Shown here: positions 52,760 through 64,000 of the stretch, one piece after another
How the letters are laid out: each line of letters starts with the position of its first letter
Position numbering within the stretch: the stretch's first letter is position 1
Assembly (NCBI RefSeq): GCF_001194135.2
Contig: NC_068993.1
Span: forward strand, 64,616,360-64,680,359
Origin: Octopus bimaculoides
Taxonomy: Eukaryota
Length of the DNA: 64,000 nt
Direction: 5' to 3'
Position numbers and translations under genes: made by a program
Notes under the pieces: model-generated
The model's database searches: none
What the model was told of the DNA's origin: nothing
Seen by the model: the letters and a program-made list of their open reading frames with translations, nothing else

Positions 52760-54675
52760 AGAAAGGAATAAACAGCAAAGAAAAAAGCAAACAAATCTCT
52801 CTAATTACATTCTAATTTCCTCAAAATGGAAGCGCATGTTATCCAATGATTTTCGGGGACAAAGTTTAGCAGGAAAAATAGTTGTTAGTCAAACCTGGAA
52901 TTTTACAGTTTCATCATTAGAGATAAAGGAATAATTTAGTTAGAGCAATTATATACCTTTAGTTACACCTGTAATTATATTTCTCGTCTCTATTTAGAAA
53001 GATATTATGAATATTTCACTTTCTTTCAAAAGTTCCGAAAATCTCAGGCATATAAAGTAGAATCAAGTATTTTACTCAGAGGAAGAAGAGCTTAAATGTT
53101 CGGCATAATTTGAACACATTTCGTTTATGGCAAAATTCTGCCGGAGCCTCTCATTATCTTCTCTGCCTGATGTCAAAATAATTGATTCTACTTTCTAAAT
53201 TTGTCTTACATATTTGATGCTGCACACATTACTACTCTTATCGGATTCTACTTTGCTCCTTATGTTTGCTGTTTTTCTTCATTATTTTAACGTTTACCAA
53301 ATTCAGGTATTCTTATTTACCATTCTTATTTAAATTTGTCTAATATGACTGTATACATAAACAGTTTCCTGCCTTCGTTCTATCACCACCAATTCTGAAA
53401 ATGTAATTGGTCATAAGTGCTGCGTTTTAATCTCTGCCCTTACGGCCTAAAACTAATTCTACACATCAAAATTCGTGTGTTATATGAAGGTTTTAGTAAA
53501 CATAGGGAAACATTACACCTTACAATGAACAGTTATGACGTCAGATGCAGAGTGAATCGGAGAAAAGAGATAAAATATCTTTGAGATGAAAGTATTTCAC
53601 AAACGCTCATATAAACTGTAGCTTAATGCCTTTTGTTTATTACTATTTCCTGACACTTTAAGCACCTTGAATCCGGGGTTGAATCTTGCCGACTCCAGCT
53701 GGTCTGTATACGGCTACATGTGCAACCTATTCCTCCAAACAAAACCATGAAAAAAACAAGGAGACACATCTTGTCTCCCACACAGTGTCTTATCTCCCAA
53801 ACTGATTCCATTATAACTGTTCGATTCATTCGAAGTACCACTCAACATTCATCGACTTATAAAATTATTATAGATTAATATTCGCCGCATTAGTCTTACT
53901 AGACTGGGAAAGGTTTATCGATACCATGAATACTTCTCCACTTCATCATCAATCAAAGCAAACAAACATTTTAGATTAATTTTTTGAACATTGTTAAAGG
54001 AGACACAATAGTCTTATATACTGAAGATAGATAATAATCCCGAAATAAATCTCAAGTTGTCTTTGTATTTATTAACGAACAGACCCAGTTCCTTCCGCAT
54101 GCTGCTAATCGATTTTCAATCAGTTTAAATGTTTGAGTCGTCGTCTCTGATTTTTTCAGATGAATTATTTTTAGCACAAATGATTTTGATTTTTATGCTA
54201 ATTAAAAATATAATTTGTCTCACTCCATTAAGTCAAGTGACGCTCAGTTCATATAGAAGGTAATGGTTAAAGAAACAAGAATTTATTATACTAGAAAAGG
54301 GGAAATGCACCAGACATGGAAATACAAGGCAATGTATAAAATTAAATGATTCGATTATATTTACTCAAATTATGATCAGATATAATTCGGAAATGATACG
54401 AGAAAAATTATTTACTGCTAGACCAAAGTTGATGGAATCAGTGCAACCGCACACTTAGATTTCTGTGTGTCACAATGGCGTTACTTTTTATTTCTCCGAT
54501 ATCGCTAAAATACCTCAGAAGTATTTTGACTAGACTTAGCCGAATACCCGCTCCCCCCGCAAATGCGTAGCCAAAGGCCGAATGCTAAATATAACACCTG
54601 GACGATCTGATGAGACGAACACCCCCCCCCNNNNNNNNNNNNNNNNNNNNNNNNNNNNNNNNNNNNNNNNNNNNN

Positions 54676-54725
<50 letters not shown>

Positions 54726-56074
54726 ATGGAGGGCTTCAATATTAATAGTTGTGCTAAGCTGGATGGTAAATTATTGCACATTGTCTCAGAACTAACGATA
54801 GAATCTTTGTGAGATTGCTCAAGCTGCTTGAATATAACAGCTAAGGTCTCTTCCGAACACTGACGTGTGAAGAAACGCGAAATACATTTTGAATAGTGAT
54901 GTCTTAGATTTCGGATGCTTTTAAAAAAGACGGAATAATCAAGGCTGGTGCATCTTTGTAATAGGTCTGCTCTATAAGGGACAACCTAGAATTAAATAAT
55001 TACAAGAAACGCCAATCTTGTTAACATAATAGATTCCTTTGTTGTTTGTCTGACGCCGGAAAAAATCATGAGTTAGGAACCAATTACTCGAATCATCGGG
55101 ATTAATGAAAAATATTAAACTCAAACAAGAAACATCCATTTCTGTACTTTTATAATGCATCGAAAAGCTATAAATAACGTTGTAAAAAATCATAGAATTC
55201 TATTAATTCATGCATCATAATGTCTATAAGGTATATGCTTAATATCATGTTGGGTCTCTATTAAAATGGATTTCTATAGTTGTAGACTTGCTGTCAACAT
55301 AGATTTAAGTATTAGATGTATTGGATCATATTTGCCACCGGTCAGCATATAAATAAGCTTTCTTTTCATTACTTATATGTAGAAATTAGCTTTTAAGATA
55401 TAAAATTTCCATTTGGCATTGTTATGCTATTTAGTTTAAAAGGATGAACATCCAACACATTAAATGGTTTTTGAACTAAGTATTTCTTTTTCTTTTGGTT
55501 TACTTATTAGTGATTTGATAGAAGAATCATGTTAAATAAACACTTTTTTTTCTCGTGTTAAGTTGTTTTCCATCTGCTTCTGACATGAAACTGTGTTAAA
55601 AACATTAAATAATCAAATGTGCTGACAGTTCTTTTCTGCGATAGTGGCACATCTAGTCAGGCGCCTAACATTCCATTAATCTGGTTTTGCGCTTTACTCG
55701 CTTCATCTATTAAGAACTTCTCTCCAGTACACTTGCATCCGCACAAACACACAAACATGAGCGCGTGCACAATGCATTTCAGTGAATGTTATATGCATGT
55801 AACATAGTATGTGTGTAGATATACATGTATGAGAGTGTACATGTGTGTGTGTACTTCATATTTATGTGCGTATGTTGTATATACACACTTAAACACGTGT
55901 GTATATTACATGCAGCTTAGCTTCTGTGATGACATACTAGAGAACTACCGAAAGATTTTAGGGTTCAATTTGTAATATAACTTCAACTTTAATAGTTTGT
56001 GACTTCAATGTTATAGCGTGTGTGATCCTGCATATGGATTATTATAGGTTATAATGAATGATGAGAGCAAATGA

Positions 56075-56520
56075 TGTTCCAAAAGATTGTCTAATTGAAA
56101 TTGAAAAAATGAGGCATCCCAACACGGTTACGAAACCAGTGACTGTAGGAGCACTTGGAGTGATTAAAGAAAATTATTTCAGGATGATCCCTAGCTTATT
56201 ATCCATGCAGGAAGTGCAAAAGATTATCTTAAGTGGTACGTCACACGCATTGAGAAAGGTATTCATCGCTATGAATTTTCTTTCTCTTTTCCCCCTCTAT
56301 TTTCTTTGTTTAATTTTTTTTTCTTTTTTTTCCTTACTTTTTCTCTCTGTCTTTCTTCCCCTTTTTCTTTCTATCATATGACTTTGTAAATGAACTACCT
56401 GGTGTGTTTATTTTGATGGCCTACAATGAGTTTCTTCGCCCTATGTCTTAGGAGGACAACCGGCAAGAAGAAATAGAAACAAAATCGAAAGAAGATAATT
56501 ATAACAACAATAATAATAAT
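56075..56520 (+). mobile_element. R4/Dong-clade 3' end (ORF C-terminus, probable 3' UTR, AAT-repeat end)
   Basis: LIEIEKMRH..KPVTVGALGVIK..IPSLLSMQEVQKIILSGTSHALRKVF; region ends ..AACAATAATAATAAT. The 3' boundary is approximate. Confidence 0.8.
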
Positions 56521-56686
56521 ATGCTTGTGAACATATGTGGGGATGTCGAAATAGCCGTAGGGAATGAAGTATTCGAGATATCAGAGATGTGTGTGTACAC
56601 GTATATATATGTGTCTGCATGCGTGTGTGTGTGTGCGCGCACACTTGTTTGTGTGCATGTATGAAGTGAAGGTATATGTATGAGTA

Positions 56687-56800
<114 letters not shown>

Positions 56801-58056
56801 TATATGTGTGTGTGTGTGTGTCTCCCCTTTCCTATATGTATTCATCAAGAAAAAAGTTGGCACAACATATTTAGCAAACACACTTCTACTTATTCACATA
56901 CGTGCGCTGTTTTATGGCTGATATTTCGAGTGCTGTTACAGCGGCTTTAGGTCCTTTACATCTGGCTGCTATCTTGTCATTTATATTAAACAACTTCCGA
57001 ACCCACGAACGTCTCCGCTTCTTGCCTCACATAATATGTCCGAGCATGACTACCAAACTAATCACAGTATCAACTCATTCTTCCTTGAATCATTCGCTCT
57101 CCGGAATGCCTCCTTTGCAAATGTTCCTACTGTAGTCGTCCACTAGTAACAGTTTAAGGGACACGTTATCGGCAGCCAACCAGCCTCCAAATATATGTAT
57201 TAATCTGAATGTACATGTGTGTGCGCGTGCGTTGTATGTGTGTGAGTGTGTGTGTGAGTGCGCGTCGGCGTGTGTGTGTGTATGTGTGTGCGTGTGTGCT
57301 TATGTGAATATACGTGTGTGTAATCTTTTGTTCTGAGGATAATTTGATTCTTTTAGAATTGTACAGAAATTTATACTAAAATCATTAACATTGCTAAAGA
57401 AAACCTGACAGAAAAGGTTATTTATATTTTCGGCTTTGATCATTTTTAGAAGAAAACATGCGTACATATACAACTACAGGAATGGAAAGAGACAAATATA
57501 ACTTATGAAATTGTATTTATATTCTTTATGATTGGAAACGACTACCATTTTATAATTTAATAACGAATATCTCTCCTGTTTGAATTGAAATTTGTACATC
57601 TTAGGTGAATGTTCTCGTTAAAACAACATCCTGTTTCTTGCAAGATTGTTCGAAGACAAAAAAAATATATGGTAAATATCAACTGAAGTGTGTCGCTAAA
57701 ATGGTAAATGATACCACTGTCAATAACACAGCGAAGGGAAAATAAGTTAAAACCTGCCCCTGGAGAGGTTTCAAACCTAAAAACAACTAGGAGTCAGAGA
57801 GCTCCAAGCCCGTCAGTTACTCGTAATTTTCGTGAATTGGCAATAGACTGACTCAGGTTTACATTTACACTATGTTAAGTTGAAAATAATTCAGGGAAGG
57901 TTTAGACGAAGAGCTAAAACAGATATCTACGAATATATCCCAAACCCCGCAGTATACGCAATCTAGGTTGTCCATTTCTCTGGCGTTCTTCCTAGAGGCA
58001 AGACGAAATTTTTTTATGTTCGCCGCCCGCACACATCTTTGTCTCTCTACGTTCAG

Positions 58057-58185
58057 TGGAGTTTAACCTAGCATCGAGTGGTTATCGACTGCTATTTCCA
58101 TCAAAAGTTGGCACCTTGCGCCACTTTCTCCTATTTATCAGGTGTCGAAAACATAGTGATATCCGTGGGGCAGCTGATGATAGAG
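58057..58185 (+). CDS. Putative exon 4: C-terminal part of divergent CUB plus linker, (V)EFNLASSGYRLLFPSKVGTLRHFLLFIRCRKHSDIRGAADDR
   Basis: Acceptor TCTTTGTCTCTCTACGTTCAG, donor GAG|GTATGT, 129 nt, phase 1-1, only that frame open; ASSGYRL..T.RHF.L resembles CUB SSGNxL..TxRGFxL. Alternative internal acceptor at 58141. Confidence 0.55.
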
Positions 58186-58250
58186 GTATGTTGAATTGTT
58201 AGTATGGCTATTATTGTATGTGCGGAATAGTTTCATAACACATCCATTTG

Positions 58251-58281
<31 letters not shown>

Positions 58282-59385
58282 AGAGGTTGTCTATGTTCAA
58301 TTCTTATCTAACAGGACTGTCTTTTGACACTTACAATATTCAATATAAGTTTAACCTCCTTTTGAACGGGCACAGGGATGCTCCTCTTTGGCTCATTAAT
58401 GTACACCAGGCCTGTGTATTACACTATATTTACTGACAGAAACCAGTTACTTTACAAAAGAATGAGGAATAATTTTCCGATATTGGCATCGAAAATTTAC
58501 ATTTAATTTTACATTACTCCTATGGTTAGCTCTACCACCACCGTAAAACTACTAAACCAAATCTTCTCACATGCACAAATCCACACACGCATGTACACAT
58601 ACATGCATACACACATACACATGTATAAACATATTTTCTTATAGAGTTGCTCATAGAAACATACACATTTCTGTAAATAAATATCTATCCATTCTTATCG
58701 CGCATTGCTACGTTATTGCTCTCTTTCCTTTTCGATGATCGTATCTATACGATTTTTTAATGTAAGCCCATTCACGCACACAAAACCATATATTTGCTTT
58801 TGACATAAGTACGTATATAGACATATATTACGTCTACGTACTCTACACGTTGGTATACAAGATTTTAGGCGTGAAACTAACTAATAATATAGAAATGATA
58901 TTAAATCGGTGCGTGGGCTGTTGCTATTGGTGTAATGATCCACCCAAAACGATACACATTTACAATTTTTATACTAGCAAACGTTTATACATTTAAAACT
59001 TTAGTTGAAGCAGTTTTTCTTTATGTAGATGGATTTTACCTAACATGAAATTATGTCTCTTGACTTCACTCTTTGTTTCAAATATTATGCCACAATTTAC
59101 CGCGAGGAAATTGTTTTCAATGTTCCAAATCAAATTCGCATTGAATGCTGGAATTTCACAGAGATATTTTGAATCTATTCAATTGCGTTTTACAGATCCA
59201 AAATGTTTTGTTACAGATTTAGAAAAGCAATGCTTCTTTACTAAAGCATTAAAATCTGTAAAATATTATTGCGAGCGTGCGTGCGTATTTTGTGTGTGTG
59301 CGTGAGTGTATGAATGCATATTCTTCTAGGCACTTGTATATTTGATTGCATAATTTTTCCCTTCCTTTTTCTTTATTTCTTGTAG

Positions 59386-59482
59386 ATTCCGTTAATGACT
59401 GTTTAGAAACAAAGAACTTAACAGCGAGCACGAGTTCATGGCAACTCATTCAGTCTCCCGGATACTTCAGTAAATATGTTAA
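59386..59482 (+). CDS. Exon 5: start of canonical CUB domain, (D)SVNDCLETKNLTASTSSWQLIQSPGYFSKYV(K)
   Basis: Long pyrimidine tract with TAG acceptor, donor AA|GTAAGT, phase 1 to 2; C..LTA..I.SPGY..Y CUB motif; joins exon 6 in frame. Confidence 0.9.
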
Positions 59483-59871
59483 GTAAGTTGGAAATATGCC
59501 TTGAATTCTTTTTTCTTTCTTTCTTTTTTTATTCTTCAAGCTACGCCTTATTACAACCCAAATAATGTGATGTTTTCTTAGATAATCCTTACACAAATGA
59601 CCTCCTTTTAATCAGACGATATTGCAAAACGATGAATATATCTCATCATAGTAAATGCTCTTACTTAGTCCCTACTGGTTACCTTACTGTTTTCTTCTGG
59701 CTTATTCCATCTATTTACCCATTATTTACACATTTATTGAAATAAATAAACTCAAGAAACGGTGGAAAACAGTGTCATTGTTTATAGGTTTCCTCTTGGC
59801 CAGTCACTGATGCATTTCCGACAATGATTCAATCAAAATAGATACCTCAGTGGACTTGTTTTTTTCTTTTT

Positions 59872-59968
59872 TACTTTTTAGTCTATAATGTTACATCTTT
59901 TTGTAGCCTATAGTGTCAGACCTTTTTTAGCCTATATTGTCACATTTTTAGCCTATAGTGTAACTTTT
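59872..59968. repeat. Four degenerate 20-25 bp tandem units (TTTTTAGCCTATAGTGTCAC-like)
   Basis: TAGTCTATAATGTTAC, TAGCCTATAGTGTCAG, TAGCCTATATTGTCAC, TAGCCTATAGTGTAAC separated by T runs. Confidence 0.8.
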
Positions 59969-60505
59969 TGCACGTTTCTTTATCTTCTTTTTTAAATGCT
60001 TGACACAAACGAGAGTTAGATGCTATTTTAAAAGGACTAGCGATCAACAGATTACCAATAGGGTTATTTTAATGTTGTTAAAACTTAATTATTCTGGGTA
60101 TACTGGATGGAATTTTATCAATTTTAATTGGATAAGTTTCATTCATATCCTGCGTGAAACTTTTACCCACGTTCACTTAATCTCACAAAACCTAAATAAT
60201 TCCATTGTTTTCTCACTACCTGAAACCTTGAAATAGATTTACATGGAGGGATTTGGTTACAGAGATGACTAGTAAGAAATTGAATTGAATACCATTGATA
60301 AAACATCTGAAATAATCACAACTGTCCTTGTCACTTTTATATGAAACTATGTTGTATAAGATTTCTAAGAAATCCTTTAGATGCGATCATTGTTCTTTCG
60401 CCTTTCACGCCCAGCACGATGCCAAGCACAAAATTATTTGCTGCTTTAATTAGATGCAATGCAATATGTTTTACCATTATCATTCCCAACAATCAGTGAA
60501 GTTGC

Positions 60506-60544
<39 letters not shown>

Positions 60545-60654
60545 GCGTGTGTGTGTGTGTTTTCTATTGTCTTACAACTGACAATGTCCTCAATTATGCA
60601 CTCCTCTACTGAGAACATAGCAGGTCCGGAAATAATGCACTTGTCTTACAACCT

Positions 60655-60910
60655 TTCCATGATAAGAAGCTTGCTTCCTAACTACATGGTTCCGGGCACA
60701 GTCTCACTGCGCGGTGACTTGATCAATCGTCTTCTTCTAGCATTTGGTGGGTGAGCATTTGGTACACGGAAACTGAATGAAGCTCGTCATATATATGTAT
60801 ACACGCACACACATACTTACACAATAAGTCCTGGGGTTGATGTGCTCGACTAGATGCGATGCTCCAGCATGGCCGCAGTCAAATGACTAAAAAAAAATAA
60901 AAGAAAAAAA
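60655..60910 (+). mobile_element. SINE family B, internally deleted
   Basis: TAAGAAGCTTGCTTCCTAACTACATGGTTCCGGG..GGTACACGGAAACTGAATGAAGCTCGTC..AATAAGTCCTGGGGTTGAT..GCTCCAGCATGGCCGCAGTCAAATGACT, A-rich tail. Confidence 0.88.
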
Positions 60911-61155
60911 TGCGACAATTTTGCAAAAATATTTCCGACTGAAAATATCACAAATGCATGGAGTTAGGATTTTATGCATCCAACAAAGCATTACTGTAAA
61001 GCTGAAAATGTTGCTAATGTAAAAAGAAATGGAATGGTTTAACTTTTTTTTCCTGTAAAAGTAACGTTTTGGACTTACGACACTTTCGCATAATAGCAAC
61101 GATATATATGTATACACGCACACACACACACGCATATATATATACTTCGTATATG

Positions 61156-61219
<64 letters not shown>

Positions 61220-62424
61220 ACGATAAAATAACAAAGGAACGTTTACTGATAATGTAACTTTATGCTGAGAGTAAATTTTATTGGGAGGATGAAGTTTCCT
61301 AAGACTTCACATCTTTCTTTTTACTCAAAGATATATTCAGATATTCTTATATTCATGTTTCAGTGTGAGATTGTGCGTGTAAACATGTGTGTCTGCGTGT
61401 ATGTGTGCATGCATGTACACGTGTTTGAATATCAGGAGAACGGACATTCACAACGATTTTCTGTGAGCTTTCGTCATTTTTAACATGAAACTCAGTTGTT
61501 GAAACAATAGCTTCAAAAACAGAGTTTATCAAGTAATTTATCACCTACTTTGTTGTAATTACCTAAATGTGTTGATGGTCATTGGTCAGTTATCGAAAGA
61601 ATATTTTAATTATTAACTGCTGACAAATTCCTTGCTACTCGTATTTTTTTTTTTATCAACTTGAAATACTGTTTTGCACCAGTCTTTTCTTTTTTACAAT
61701 TTTATATTTAGCTTCAATGAAAACACACAGTATCTCGCAATAATCGCTGTTGCTATCAATAATTATTCTTGATATCAACAAATATTACCCCTGCTATCAA
61801 ATATCACCCCTATTGTCAATAATTGTTTGTATTATCATTGAACCCCTTGCTAACAATAAATAACCCTCTTATCACTCAAAACAAATAGAGATTAAGATAA
61901 TGAGTACTATTCTTGTAAGTGACATCGGTTTCTTATAAATTAGAAATTCCCAAAGTTTAGACAAATTGGCAAATTTTTTCTTGTGCTGGATAAAATGTTC
62001 TGCGGCATCGTTCTGGTTCGCTAAAATCAATGTTCAAATACCCGCCTTTCAGCTTTTCATTTAATAAACAACAAAAGAGTTGCTCGACGGGGTGGGTATG
62101 TCGAGTCCGATCCAGCATTTTGCGTTGTGAGCTTAAATTCCACCTGGGTGCCGATGTAATGTGCGTGGTGGTGGTGAAACTATATACGGTTTCAATTCTT
62201 GATTGATTGTAGAGATGATTTTTTAATGTGGCGGTTTGGTTAATGGTCAGATAGATCACTAAGTTATCAATTTTAACTCAACAATTATTACACTCAACTC
62301 AGACCCATTATTCATTTCCTGCCAAACTCACCACCACCACCATCTTCATCATCGTTATCATATTTCGTCCAAATTTCGTCAGTTGTTATATCGATATTAC
62401 GTCATTCTCATTTGTGTGTTTCAG

Positions 62425-62549
62425 GAATATGTCTTGCAGTTGGCTAATCTATGCGGGAGATCCGAATTATTCGCTGCAAGTAGACTGGCAACGCGTTGAT
62501 ATAGAATACAGTTTAGGTTGTTATAAAGATTTCGTACAGATCTATCGCG
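62425..62549 (+). CDS. Exon 6: middle of canonical CUB domain, NMSCSWLIYAGDPNYSLQVDWQRVDIEYSLGCYKDFVQIYR(G)
   Basis: Acceptor TTCTCATTTGTGTGTTTCAG, donor CG|GTATGT, phase 2 to 1; matches CUB consensus NxxCxWxIxA..DIE...C..DxVxIYxG. Confidence 0.92.
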
Positions 62550-62741
62550 GTATGTATTCACTTTCCTTTCACTTTTACCTTGTATTCGCTAATGAAGGCG
62601 GAAAAGTGGTCGAATCGCCTGGCTGCAGCAACCCTGCCGTATTCATTCCTGAGCTCTTCTCTCTCTGCCCAAATCCTGCCCAGGTCATCCTTTCTTTCTG
62701 TCATTCTTTCTTTCTCCGTTTCGTTCATTCTTTTTCTTGTT

Positions 62742-62851
<110 letters not shown>

Positions 62852-63413
62852 AATCCCCTATGTAATGCCAAGGCCCAGGTTTATTGCACTGTATGATATT
62901 GATTCGATTTAAGAATTGCGCTTAATGTTCATTACACGACTCTGAACTACTCTTTCACGGCCATGTTAATGTCAGGAAGAGAAACTTAATTTGCCAAACA
63001 CCCTTCCTTACTATCAATTCGGCGTATGTTGTGAATACCGTGTTTTCGCTAAATGTAGTCCTTAATATTTTTGTCATTTGCGTGTGTGCCAGGTTTAAGT
63101 TGTTGAGCGTTACGCTCGGTTGCATTTGCTGTTCTCTGTTATTGTTTATAAGAAGGGAGATTGTGTATTTGGTTGGTTTATGCGCAGACAAGTATTTAGT
63201 TGAAGCAGTAGTACTACAGAACCTGAAGAGTTGCAGAAGAATGTATGATATCATTTGCATATAAACCTGCAGGCGTTGTTGCATAGCGGCAAGTCAATTC
63301 TGTGATGAAAAGCATTTCTACCACATCCATACGACTATTTTTGCTTCGTTCAAAGAACCGAGAACTGCATATTCCAATATGTTCCTTTTTTTCCGATGTT
63401 ACATTGATTTCAG

Positions 63414-63449
63414 GAGACTTGACTGCTACTGATGACCAAATGACAACTG
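63414..63449 (+). CDS. Candidate 36-nt phase 1-1 exon (G)DLTATDDQMTT(G)
   Basis: Acceptor TTGATTTCAG, donor CTG|GTATGC, frame compatible with exon 6; no clear CUB motif. Confidence 0.25.
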
Positions 63450-64000
63450 GTATGCTTCCTCATCAGCTCGGGTTGTATGTGGAGGAGCAATATGACATTT
63501 ATATTGGTAACGATTGAAAAAAAAATGGGTGAAAGACGGTTTCCTGTAAACCTGAATTTCGTGGAAATGTTGTTGTACACACTACAGAGCATTAACAGTA
63601 TGGCGGCCTCTTTCGGTTAGTATTTGGCGTTGCTGAAAATTATGATGAATGTTTATAAGCATTATTACTATTAGTGGATATTGAGGGAACGTGCTCAAAA
63701 GATTTGCTGATGTCGATGAAAGAATGGTACGTGTGGGAAGCTTTAAGATGTTGCTACGATGTGTTTTCTGGGTTAGTTTTGTGAGTAGTTGTGGTATTTA
63801 ATAGTTGAGGACTGAATTTCTGTTGTGAATTGGAGAGTAGGGTGTGGACTGATCAAGTATTAAACATTTTAGCACGTTTGAGAGTATATGAAGGAAAACT
63901 GATGGATCCGTAGGATGTTCCTTAACTTGAGTTTGGTCCGGCTTTACAAAAGTTCTATTTTGTGAACTTGGAGACTCTGAGATAATACTGAGTTCAGTAA

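Noticed and set aside
53660-53880. ISQTDSIITVRFIRS.. as a CUB C-terminal exon
   Set aside because: Open only in phase 0 from nearby acceptors, no good donor, and runs into a stop.
54607-54630. CTGATGA as a third hammerhead
   Set aside because: No stem II, GAAA or stem I partner before the N gap. Other CTGATGA hits (18426, 58.2 kb, 63.4 kb) also lack them.
56890-57145. Open + frame with three N-glycosylation sequons
   Set aside because: No credible donor before the stop and no recognisable domain.

Overview
AT-rich, microsatellite-dense eukaryotic DNA with eight N gaps, each flanked by a simple repeat or homopolymer. The interspersed repeats (several tRNA-derived SINE families, CR1/L2, R4/Dong, Tx1, RTE, Penelope, mariner, piggyBac) point to an octopus-like cephalopod genome; this is inference from the repeat repertoire. 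Almost all ORFs in the supplied track are microsatellite or N-gap artefacts. Reading splice signals by hand gives a phase-consistent + strand gene model over about 56 kb that continues past the window: exons 6342-6400, 20791-20852, 26280-26420, 58057-58185, 59386-59482, 62425-62549. It encodes a signal peptide, a highly degenerate CUB-like domain and a canonical CUB domain. The last two exons are secure; the first four are tentative. Other notable items: a minimal type I hammerhead-ribozyme-like motif in a 79-bp repeat present twice (core retained apart from U4C at 18.2 kb, core broken at 52.7 kb), and a 3' stem-loop tail shared by a CR1/L2 LINE and a SINE family with compensatory base changes. 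No rRNA, true tRNA gene or CRISPR array was found.
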